Assembly: GCF_004010195.1 (NCBI RefSeq)
Contig: NC_057758.1
Coordinates: 965,349-985,348, forward strand
Source: Chiloscyllium plagiosum
Taxonomy: Eukaryota
Reading direction: 5' to 3'
Length of the DNA stretch: 20,000 nucleotides
Shown here in pieces: positions 11,445-20,000 of the stretch; the first letter of the stretch is position 1, and the number at the start of each line of letters is the position of its first letter. The notes beneath the pieces were generated by a model. It was not told the origin of the DNA. It saw only the letters and a list, made by a program, of their open reading frames with translations, and ran no database searches. Both the position numbers and the translations under genes were made by a program.

Positions 11445-12347
11445 AAAACTCTGGATACTGGAAATCTGAAACAAAAACAGGAATTGTCCTAAGATCTTAG
11501 CCAGTGCGGTAGTGTCAACGAAGAAGAATCACAGTTAATGTTTCTGGACCAATGGCTCTTCTTCAGAATTGATGGTAGCTCGATAAATGATGTTTTTTTT
11601 TAAAGTCGAGAACACGGGGGAAGGATGGGGTAAGAGTAAACGACAGATCGAGATAGAGAAAGAGAAAGAAAACTGTTGGAAAGAAAAATCAGACAATGAT
11701 GCTCAGTCAGAGTTAATGAAATGCTGCTAATGGAGACGACTCGTGGCTGACAGGTACACTTGTGTGAGAACAACCCATGTGATAAAACAGCCTGGTGTGT
11801 GGGGTTAGCAGAAAATGGCTAATGGTGCTCAAACACTAAATTTGTTGAACTTGACAAAACTTCCATCAGGCTTCTGCGTTTCTAAGTTGTAAATGAAATG
11901 TCGTTCATTCATGGTGACATGGTGGCTTGTCGAAATGTCAAACAACATGAAGCTCAGGGTCAATTCTGCGGAAATAATGTAAGTGTTTCTTCAAAGCTGT
12001 CACACAGTCTGCATCCAGGAGTGGAGAAGATATTGTGACCAGCGAATACAACTACTGAGTGAAGTGCAGTGAAAGCGCTATTTCACCTGTACAGAGTAGG
12101 TGGGGCGTTGGATAATAAGGAGGAAGGATGTGAACAGGTAGTTGTTACACCTTCTGCAGTTGCGGAGGAAGATGCTGCGAGGGACTGGGGACGTGCTGGG
12201 AGTGACCAAAGAGTGAACCAGCATCAGTCAGAGGGAGCACTCCTTGTAGAAGCCTGACAAGGTAGTCGCATCCCTCTGAAGATGTTGGAAGTGGGGGCTT
12301 ATGATCCTGAGGATATGAATGATTGTGGGAAGGCAGGCGATGACAAG
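11445..12347 (-). mobile_element. Decayed Penelope-like retroelement 3' fragment (GIY-YIG endonuclease region plus pseudo-LTR/3' end)
   Basis: The minus strand near 12020-12060 (CTCAGTAGTTGTATTCGCTGGTCACAATATCTTCTC) resembles the L/V-Y-C-I-R-C-S-Q-C-G-L-L-Y-I-G motif. The terminus GATACTGGAAATCTGAAACAAAAACAG..GTTAATGTTTCTGG..CTTCTTCAGAA resembles shark Penelope ends as I recall them. A degenerate CTGAAGA..GAAAC core is present. Confidence 0.72.
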
Positions 12348-12349
12348 CT

Positions 12350-12520
12350 GAATGTGCGTCTGTATGTGTGCAAATGTGTATGTTTCTATCTGTTTCTGCA
12401 TGTCAGATTTAGCATGTTTGTGCATGTGTCTGTATGAGTGCACGTCTGTGTGTGTCAAAACGTCTATATGGGTATGTTGCCATGCATTGTGTACGTTATA
12501 GATGTGTATAAATTCATGAG
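12350..12520. repeat. Degenerate (TG)n/(TGTA)n low-complexity tract
   Basis: TGTGCGTCTGTATGTGTGCAAATGTGTATG..TGTGCATGTGTCTGTATGAGTGCACGTCTGTGTGTGTC. Confidence 0.75.
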
Positions 12521-12524
12521 TGAC

Positions 12525-12815
12525 TGGGTTCGGATGAACACCCAGGGTCTTTTCTTCCAAGGGTGTGGGGATCCGAAATTAGAAAGCATAGGCAGAAGTT
12601 GAAAATTAAAAAGGAGCTGAGTGGTAGCTCTTTAACACATACAGCAGTAACTGTATGTAAGGAGCTGCCAGATAAAATGTCAGAGGCGGGTACATTTTCA
12701 ACACTTAAAATGCATCTCGAGTGATATATGAAAAGGAAATGCTTAGACAGATATGAGTCAAATGCTGGAAACCGGGAATGGGTCAGATCGAGATGCCTGT
12801 TGGGGCGAACGTGTT
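12525..12815 (+). mobile_element. Old CR1 LINE 3'-end fragment from a different subfamily
   Basis: GTATGTAAGGAGCTGCCAGATAAAATGTCAGAGGCGGGTACATTTTCAACACTTAAAATGCATCTCGA is a decayed WNELPEEVVEAGTITTFKRHLD C-terminus, followed by a 3' UTR. Confidence 0.8.
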
Positions 12816-12999
12816 GTTTGTTATGTTGATGGTACTCCTGAAACAAGGTGATTCTGTACTTGGCTTTTTTTTTCAAAAGGTCTCGTAAATATAGACGCGC
12901 CGCAATGTCTGAACTGGCTAACTTAATAATGGATAACAGATGCTATCTAACTCAACTATTCAGAATATACGTTAAGGTTTTTATTTAAAACAGTTGCAA

Positions 13000-13156
13000 A
13001 ATAGACAATAGACAGTAGGTGCAGGACTAGGCATTCTGCCCTTCGATCCTGCATCATCATTCATTATGATCATGGCTGATCATCCTTAATCAGTATCCTG
13101 TTCCTGCCTTATCTCCATAACCCTTGATTCCACTATCCTTGAGAGCTCTATCCAAC
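13000..13156 (-). mobile_element. CR1 3' tail; inverted copy of 14381-14537, cut by the gap
   Basis: Reverse complement of GTTGGATAGAGCTCTCAAGG..CCTACTGTCTATTGTCTATT. Confidence 0.88.
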
Positions 13157-13656
13157 NNNNNNNNNNNNNNNNNNNNNNNNNNNNNNNNNNNNNNNNNNNN
13201 NNNNNNNNNNNNNNNNNNNNNNNNNNNNNNNNNNNNNNNNNNNNNNNNNNNNNNNNNNNNNNNNNNNNNNNNNNNNNNNNNNNNNNNNNNNNNNNNNNNN
13301 NNNNNNNNNNNNNNNNNNNNNNNNNNNNNNNNNNNNNNNNNNNNNNNNNNNNNNNNNNNNNNNNNNNNNNNNNNNNNNNNNNNNNNNNNNNNNNNNNNNN
13401 NNNNNNNNNNNNNNNNNNNNNNNNNNNNNNNNNNNNNNNNNNNNNNNNNNNNNNNNNNNNNNNNNNNNNNNNNNNNNNNNNNNNNNNNNNNNNNNNNNNN
13501 NNNNNNNNNNNNNNNNNNNNNNNNNNNNNNNNNNNNNNNNNNNNNNNNNNNNNNNNNNNNNNNNNNNNNNNNNNNNNNNNNNNNNNNNNNNNNNNNNNNN
13601 NNNNNNNNNNNNNNNNNNNNNNNNNNNNNNNNNNNNNNNNNNNNNNNNNNNNNNNN
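13157..13656. other. Assembly gap (500 N)
   Basis: Run of N. Confidence 1.
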
Positions 13657-14074
13657 CGGTCATGAAAAAGCCCCCTAATTAATGACCAAACTTGATCATT
13701 AACCTTCAGTTCATTGCAGCCTTGATTCATTCGTTAAATAAGCTGTGTCATTGCAAATGACACAGCGTATGTCAATCTATGTCAATCATAGAGGATGTAT
13801 ACATTTCTGATTCATTTGCCAAATTTCCAGCAGCTGCAATTCTTGACTTCTGTCACAGATTTCAATCGACGGGTTGTGACGATCATGAAAAAGCCGCCTA
13901 ATATATGTTCCGATTTCCTCCAACATCACATTAACACACGGCTTAGCAAAAAAAAAAAAGTACATACCAACAGAGGTTCTCACAGGAAAGAGATGTTAGA
14001 GATGGGCTGGATAAGCAAAAACAAAATCAAAGCTAGAAGATACACTGAACTGGCTGTACTGGCTACTCCCCTTT

Positions 14075-14537
14075 CATTTCCTGGAATGGCGGGACAACCT
14101 TACGCTGAAAGACTGGAACGACTGGGCATGTATACCCTTCAGTCTAGAAGACTGAGAGGGGATCTGATTGAGACATATAAGATTATTAAGGGGTTGGACA
14201 CTCTGGACACGTTTCCCCTGATTGGTGAGTGCTGAACCAGAGGACACAGCTTAAAAATGCAGGTACACCATTTAGGGCAGAGATGAGGAGAAACTTCTTC
14301 ACCCAGAGAGTGGTGGTTGTGTGGAATGCTCTGCCCCAGAAGGCAGTGGATGCCCAATCTCTGGATTCATTTCAGAAAGTGTTGGATAGAGCTCTCAAGG
14401 ATAGTGGAATCAAGGGTTATGGAGATAAGGCAGGAACAGGATACTGATTAAGGATGATCAGCCATGATCATAATGAATGATGATGCAGGATCGAAGGGCA
14501 GAATGCCTAGTCCTGCACCTACTGTCTATTGTCTATT
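14075..14537 (+). mobile_element. 5'-truncated CR1 LINE 3' end (third subfamily; TGTCTAT tail)
   Basis: PGMAGQPYAERLERLGMYTL..RRLRGDLIETYKIIKGLD and EMRRNFFTQRVVVVWNALPQKAVDA; tail TGTCTATTGTCTATT. Confidence 0.92.
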
Positions 14538-14931
14538 TTGCAACTGTTTTAAATAAAAACCTTAACGTATATTCTGAATAGTTGAGTTAGATAGCATCTG
14601 TTATCCATTATTAAGTTAGCCAGTTCAGACATTGCGGCGCGTCTACATTGACGATACTTGGCTTTTGAAAAAAAAGCCAAGTACAGAATCACCTTGTTTC
14701 AGGAGTACCATCAACATAACAAACAACACGTTCGCCCCAACAGGCATCTCGGTCTGACCCATTCCCCGTTTCCAGCATTTGACTCATATCTGTCTAAGCA
14801 TTTCCTATACATATATCAATCGAGATGCATTTTAAGTGTTGAAAATGTACCCGCCTCTGACATTTCATCTGGCAGCTCCTTACATACAGTTACTGCTGTC
14901 TGTGTTAAAGAGCTACCACTCAGCTCCTTTT

Positions 14932-15268
14932 NNNNNNNNNNNNNNNNNNNNNNNNNNNNNNNNNNNNNNNNNNNNNNNNNNNNNNNNNNNNNNNNNNNNN
15001 NNNNNNNNNNNNNNNNNNNNNNNNNNNNNNNNNNNNNNNNNNNNNNNNNNNNNNNNNNNNNNNNNNNNNNNNNNNNNNNNNNNNNNNNNNNNNNNNNNNN
15101 NNNNNNNNNNNNNNNNNNNNNNNNNNNNNNNNNNNNNNNNNNNNNNNNNNNNNNNNNNNNNNNNNNNNNNNNNNNNNNNNNNNNNNNNNNNNNNNNNNNN
15201 NNNNNNNNNNNNNNNNNNNNNNNNNNNNNNNNNNNNNNNNNNNNNNNNNNNNNNNNNNNNNNNNNNNN
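14932..15268. other. Assembly gap (337 N)
   Basis: Run of N. Confidence 1.
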
Positions 15269-15625
15269 CCACACACCAGGCTGTTTTATCACATGGGTTG
15301 TTCTCACACAAGTGTACCTGTCAGCCACGAGTAGTCTCCATCAGCAGCATTTCATTAACTCTAACTGAGCATCATTGTCTGATTTTTCTTTCCAACAGTT
15401 TTCTTTCTCTTTCTCTATCTCGATCTATCGTTTACCCCATCCTTCCCCCGTGTTCTCGAGTTTTAAAAAAAAACATCCTTTATCGAGCTACCATCAATTC
15501 TGAAGAAGAGCTATTGGTCGAGAAACATGAACTGTATTCTTCTTCGTTGACACTACCGCACTGGCTGAGATCTTAGGACAATTCCTGTTTTTGTTTCAGA
15601 TTTCCAGTATCCAGAGTTTTTTCAG
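15269..15625 (+). mobile_element. Penelope-like 3' end (duplicated copy)
   Basis: Reverse complement of 11445-11802; CTGAAGA at 15500-15506 and GAAAC at 15522-15526. Confidence 0.7.
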
Positions 15626-15735
15626 ACATTTACCTAATGTACCACTCCTCAACGTGTTACTTGCATCAATCCTTCTTAGCATGAGTCCTGATCAAGCGAG
15701 TTTCATCTCTTCACATTGGTGTTCAGAATTTTGCA

Positions 15736-16392
15736 TAAAGAAACTACCTCTTATATGTGTCACCCCTCACAATGAAATCATTCTCCATCGTGGTATCCAC
15801 CAACATCCTCGGAAAAAGGCTCTCACTGACCACCGGATCTAACCCTCTGATTATCATATATGTCACAATTAAGTCATTCCTCAACCTTCTTCTCTTAAAC
15901 GAAAAGAGTCTCAAGTTCCTCAACATTTCTGCATCAGACCTTCCCTCGATAAATCTGCTCTGAACCCTTTTCAGAGCTTCCACAACTTTCCTATAGTGTA
16001 GTGACCAGAACTGCACGCAATACTCCACGTGCAGTTGCACCAGGGTTTTGTATAGCTGCAGAAGGACTTCGTGGATCCGAATGTCGATCCTTCTACGAAT
16101 AAAAGCTGTCACGTCATGTGCCTTCTGAACAACCCTATCAACCTGGATGGCAACTTTGAGGGATCAATGTGCATGGGCACCGAGATCTCTCTGTTCATCT
16201 GTGCGACCAAGAATCTTGCCATTACCCCACTATTCTGCATTCCTGTTACTCCATCCAAAGTCAATCACGTCACACTTTTCTCCATTAAACACCATTTGCC
16301 ACCTTTCAACTCAGATCTGCCATTGTCATTCAGCAATATCCACAACTGTACCGATCTTAGTGTCTTCCACAAATTCATTCACTCATCCTTCT
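15736..16392 (-). mobile_element. CR1 RT fragment (duplicated copy of 6496-7159)
   Basis: ORF 15744-16112 (TAFIRRRIDIRIHEVLLQLYKTLVQLHVEYCVQFWS) is nearly identical to 6776-7151. Confidence 0.93.
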
Positions 16393-16399
16393 TCTCTGT

Positions 16400-16520
16400 T
16401 CTGACCTGTCTGTGACTCCAGACCCAGAGCTGAATCTTTCGACGCTTAACCCCCACTGGGCAATTAGAGCAATAAATGCTGGCCAGACCAGCGACGTCTT
16501 CATCCCATGAGAAATTTAAA
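16400..16520 (+). mobile_element. SacSINE1/DeuSINE-like 3' fragment
   Basis: GTGACTCCAGACCCA..GGGCAATTAGAGCAATAAATGCTGGCCAGACCAGCGACGTCTTCATCCCATGA resembles a common shark SINE 3' end; assignment is from memory. Confidence 0.62.
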
Positions 16521-17731
16521 CAAGTATTGATCAGGGATCAATCTATTCGCCCGGATTAGTGTGGGCAAAATAGTTGGGGAAGGGAAAATTTGAAGGGGGT
16601 GCCATATTTTTGAGTGGGCACAAAATGCTTCTCGAGTTCAGTAAAATTAGATTGTGCAATGTCTGAGGAGGGCACAAGATTTGTGAAATGGAACATTATG
16701 TGCATAGGAAAACAAGAGGATTAATTTGTGGAGTGCAGAGTGTAGGACGAAGAATTTGTAGTGGTTGAAACTTTGGGTGTCAAATTCTGCTGTTGGACTT
16801 TAACACAATCTTAGGGAGTTTGTGCTCAGTCTGACAACAAGACACCATGTTCACAAATACTTCCTGTTTTTATAAGCACCATCGTTACCGATACATCCAT
16901 GACTGGAAGGTTTTTGGTATTGTGGTCAAGTGGATCTTGCCCTTTTGGTACTTTCAACACCAGAGAGATGAGAATTCTATCTCACTGGACGTGACCAACT
17001 ATTTTAATTGTGATATGGTCACTCTCTGTCTTAGACTGTCTCCATTGTGACTGTCTGAGAAAACTAACGACAATCGATTTGATGAAATTTGTTCCCTTCA
17101 GAGATTTCTCCGAGTGTTGTTTCTGTTATAAAAGGACTGATTCGACAACTGAAGGGCAGTGTTCAATGAGAGTCAACAGGAATTCTGCTTTAGTGTGTCA
17201 TCGCATATTTCATGAGGCAGCCCAAAGCAAGTCTTCAATGTTTATAATTCCCAGGGCCAATCTCTTCTCGACTGTGTAAAATAGTCACCTATGGTGTATC
17301 TAACGACCCATTGCGATAGAACAGGATACATCCAGGGCTAGTGATTTACAAGACTGGGACATTGCGTCTTTCTGCCCTGTTCCCCCAAAATTTTCAATTG
17401 CACTATTTAAAGCTCAATTCTTTTGCTTCATTGTTATACTCTCCTCTTTACTCCATCTTACTCACCTCTTTAAAATTCCGTCTTGACCTTTATGTCTATC
17501 TCTCTCTCACACACTCTCTCCGTCTCTTTATCCGTACCAAGTATATTTTTTACAGATAGTTAAATGTTTTTAATGCTCAGCAATGTTTAATTGTTAAATA
17601 TTTGCCTCTAACTGACTGTCTGACTTGTCTAAAGTCGCTATCTTGTCTAATATTCTTGAGCGAAGTTGTAAGCAATGAGCTTTAGCTAAACGTGATCTTC
17701 AGGCTCACTCAGTTGACTTGAGACTCAAACC

Positions 17732-17910
17732 TGAAAAATGTGTTGCTGGAAAAGCGCAGCAGGTCAGGCAGCATCCAAGAAGCAGGAGAATCGACGTTTC
17801 GACGATCAGGAATCCTGATTCCTGAAGAAGGACCAATGCCCGAAACGTCGATTCTCCTGCTCCTTGGATGTTGCCTGACCTGCTGCGCTTTTCCAGCAAA
17901 ACATGTTTCA
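17732..17910. mobile_element. Palindromic non-autonomous element, probably inverted Penelope terminal repeats
   Basis: 70-bp arms at 17732-17801 and 17841-17910 are reverse complements with 4 mismatches. Inner 7-bp inverted repeat ATCAGGA-A-TCCTGAT at 17805-17819. Confidence 0.85.
17817..17854 (+). ncRNA. Putative minimal type I hammerhead ribozyme motif
   Basis: CTGAAGA (17822-17828), A, stem II GGAC-CAAT-GCCC (one mismatch), GAAAC (17842-17846), GTC cleavage triplet (17847-17849). Stem I GATTC/GATTC pairs at 4 of 5 positions. Confidence 0.6.
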
Positions 17911-17924
17911 AAATGCAACTGAGG

Positions 17925-18262
17925 GCAGGTTACAAATTCTGCCCTTACCAAGTTAATCTACGTCCCATGAAAACTGCCCCTCATATCGTTGCTACTATTA
18001 CTTTTAACTTTTGTTCACTAGTCACTGACATTTCCCACCCGAGAAAAAGACTGTTATCTAATCAATCTGTGCCTCTCATTATCTTGTAACGCCCATCATG
18101 TCACGGCTTATCCAGGCACATGCAAGTGAAAACAAATCAAGTTTGTCAAATCTCTCCTCAGTTAGCAACCTATTAAACAATTCTTGAGCGCTTTCCAAAA
18201 TCTCCTCATCCTGCTGGCACTGTGGCGATCAGAACTGCACACAATATTCCAACGGTGGGCTA
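17925..18262 (-). mobile_element. Highly decayed CR1 RT C-terminal fragment
   Basis: GGCGATCAGAACTGCACACAATATTCCAACGGTGGGCTA is the rc of a decayed RPHLEYCVQFWSP; CTCTCATTATCTTGTA is the rc of YKIMRG. Confidence 0.75.
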
Positions 18263-18289
18263 TTTCAAGCGGAAAACATAATTCATCAA

Positions 18290-18825
18290 TGCCAAATAAA
18301 ATCTCAAACAAGCTGAGATTAGGTCTTCCTAGATCTCATATATATTAGCACAATTGGAAGTGCTTTTGTCCATGCCACCCCGAGTTCCTCACATTTTGTC
18401 AATTTATATTTTAAGGTAGCATTTTCTCTTTCCACTGCCCCACCACTCGTTGGGTGGTAGGCACAGTGCTGTATCATGTTTATTCCCAAATAATCACTGA
18501 TCTGCTGTCGGGCATTACTGGCAAATGGTGTCCCATTGTCACTACTAAGCCTTTCAGGGATGATCCTGTATTTACCAAAAAAGGTAACTGAGGGTTCTTC
18601 CACATATAAGATAAAGGTAGGCATTGACTTATATGCATCATTATTGTCCTGAATATATGGTACACACTCTGCAATCTCAGCGCTCAATATAGGGGTGGGA
18701 CATCTTTCAGTGCCCGTAACGTGAGTAGAAGAGATTAGCATAAGCGAGTCTTCGTTGCCAAGCATAAAGGAAAGAGGCGTACCTGTACCTCATGAGCTGC
18801 CCAACTCCACCTCAGACTTCCCCTG
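18290..18825 (-). pseudogene. pol: ERV pol remnant: protease N-terminus fused to integrase catalytic core
   Basis: MPTFILYVEEPSVTF, then frameshifted FLVNTG (decayed FLVDTG, about 18564-18581). This runs straight into IPERLSSDNGTPF..HCAYHPTSGGAVERENATLK..WTKALPIVLIYMR..NLSLFEILFG. Exactly 35 residues lie between D and E. Confidence 0.88.
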
Positions 18826-19966
18826 TCAGTCACACTGCTCTCCAGCCTTCTGGGCAAATTGACGCTGTCTGTGTTGGCACTGTCTCGCCCAACGGTCCAT
18901 TGCTCCCCAAACAAAGTATCCGCCAGATCGACATATGCCAGCGCATCTTCCTCTCTCTTTTTCGCAACATCTGCCTCCTACGGCTGGGCCACCATCTGCA
19001 TCAGAATTAGCTGCGCTTATGTGCTTGCTGTTCCATCTTTCATTTCCTCTTATCCTTCTCTTGGGTTAGCATTTTTTCTGCATGTATCACATGTTGTTCT
19101 ATGAAATTCTGCTTTCCCATGGCCCAGGTAATACATCTTCTTCCCTATTTCGGCCTTCATTCCACTGATCCTCAGATGTGCTTCAACTGGTGTGATTTTT
19201 GCCGCCGTTATGTCGTCGGGTGAGAAGCGTAAGGTACTGGGACACTGTCTCAAGTTCCCGTTGTTCACAAATTTCAATTTTGGACATGTCCATTCGCACT
19301 GGGAATGCCTCCCAGGCGGTCGCCAGCGCAGCAATAAAAGCATTAAAGTCTCTGTTCTGCTCCACTTGCGGGTTGCCTACTGTGGTATGGATGTTTGCGG
19401 TTGGCCAGTTATACTTCTCCTGGGCTTCTTGGTCCAATATGTTGCCGGTACGAGATGCTACCAGTGATTCAGTGGACCCTGAAGTGGCGGCCGCTGACGT
19501 GGTACCTTCGTCAGCTGGATCTCGGAGGGGGGCTGTAGGTCTCGGAGGGCAGTCATCAAGATCAGGATCTGAAACAGAATTAAGATACTGTACAACTTTG
19601 TTTGGTTGTTTTCCGCGCAAGTCTGCATGTGCGCTGGTGTGTGTCCATGTATTTGATATACCCTTTACTTGAGATTTCCTTTCCCTGATATCAGCCTAAG
19701 CCTTCCACATGTTATAAGCACTCCAATTCACAGGTTCTATTTTTCCCTTGCATTTCTCCTTCTCTCTATCCTCCAAACTCGATATCAAAATGTCCAACTG
19801 CCTTTTACTAAACCTTCCTCTCTCCGGAAAACCACATTCCTTCATCCACAATTCTAACTGCTTTACAGTGCTGGATCGTAATTATTTAACGTGTACTGTA
19901 TTTTCGTTGGCCATTCCAATTCCTCTGTGCACCCTCTTGTTTGTTCTTGCTGGAAAAGTGTTCCAC
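18826..19966 (-). pseudogene. gag: ERV gag, disrupted
   Basis: MA-like QLELWMKECGFPERGRFSKRQLDIL; PTAP at 19528-19539; MHR-like IEICEQRELETVSQYLTLLT; decayed knuckle FVWGAMDRWARQC at about 18877-18915; ends GAC-TGA at 18826-18828. Contains stops, frameshifts and a capsid deletion. Start position is approximate. Confidence 0.8.
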
Positions 19967-20000
19967 TTCCTGTCTCTTTCTTGTGGTACGTTATCTTTTT

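Larger units (their letters stand above)
14381..16392 (-). repeat. Right arm of a large inverted segmental duplication
   Basis: 14381-14931 = rc of 12609-13156; 15269-15736 = rc of 11329-11802; 15736-16392 = rc of 6496-7159. The arms share idiosyncratic decay mutations and non-repeat spacers. Confidence 0.93.
18290..20000 (-). mobile_element. Internally deleted class I (gamma/epsilon-like) endogenous retrovirus relic: gag, partial pro, partial integrase; 5' LTR would lie outside the window
   Basis: Ordered MA, CA (MHR), NC knuckle, stop, protease N-terminus and integrase D(35)E motifs on the minus strand. Confidence 0.85.

Noticed and set aside
9041..15576. Long ORFs containing X runs
   Set aside because: Artefacts of translating through N gaps.
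16520..17700. ERV env or host exons downstream of the integrase
   Set aside because: Manual reading showed no long minus-strand ORF, furin site, CX6CC motif or transmembrane segment. The plus-strand ORFs (67-89 aa) are unrecognisable. No 3' LTR could be identified.
17705..17951. Similar short ORFs on both strands (LLEKRSRSG..)
   Set aside because: A by-product of the DNA palindrome, not proteins.
2718..18468. V(D)J recombination signal heptamers (CACTGTG at 2718 and 18218, CACAGTG at 18462)
   Set aside because: No nonamer at 12/23 spacing and no V, D or J segments.
1..20000. CRISPR array, retron or other prokaryotic RT system
   Set aside because: All RT sequence is vertebrate CR1-type with LINE tails; there is no regularly spaced repeat array or operon structure.

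Overview
Repeat-dense, non-coding vertebrate DNA from a draft assembly with three N-gaps (9127-9293, 13157-13656, 14932-15268). The repeat families recognised from memory (CR1/HER1-type LINEs with (TATGTTC)n tails, an HE1-type tRNA-derived SINE, a SacSINE1-like tail, Penelope relics) point to a cartilaginous fish (shark); this is inference, not a database result. No intact host protein-coding gene is supported. Most of the window is decayed CR1 ORF2 sequence, including one young 5'-truncated copy (about 4117-6035) with no frameshifts and only two in-frame stops. Four structures stand out. (1) A multi-kb inverted duplication: 6496-13156 is mirrored at 14381-16392, and the right arm lacks about 4 kb. 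(2) A roughly 99%-identical direct duplication across a gap, probably an assembly artefact. (3) A 179-bp Penelope-type palindrome carrying a minimal hammerhead-ribozyme core. (4) A minus-strand class I (gamma/epsilon-like) endogenous retrovirus relic whose protease active site is joined directly to the integrase core, with RT and RNase H deleted.
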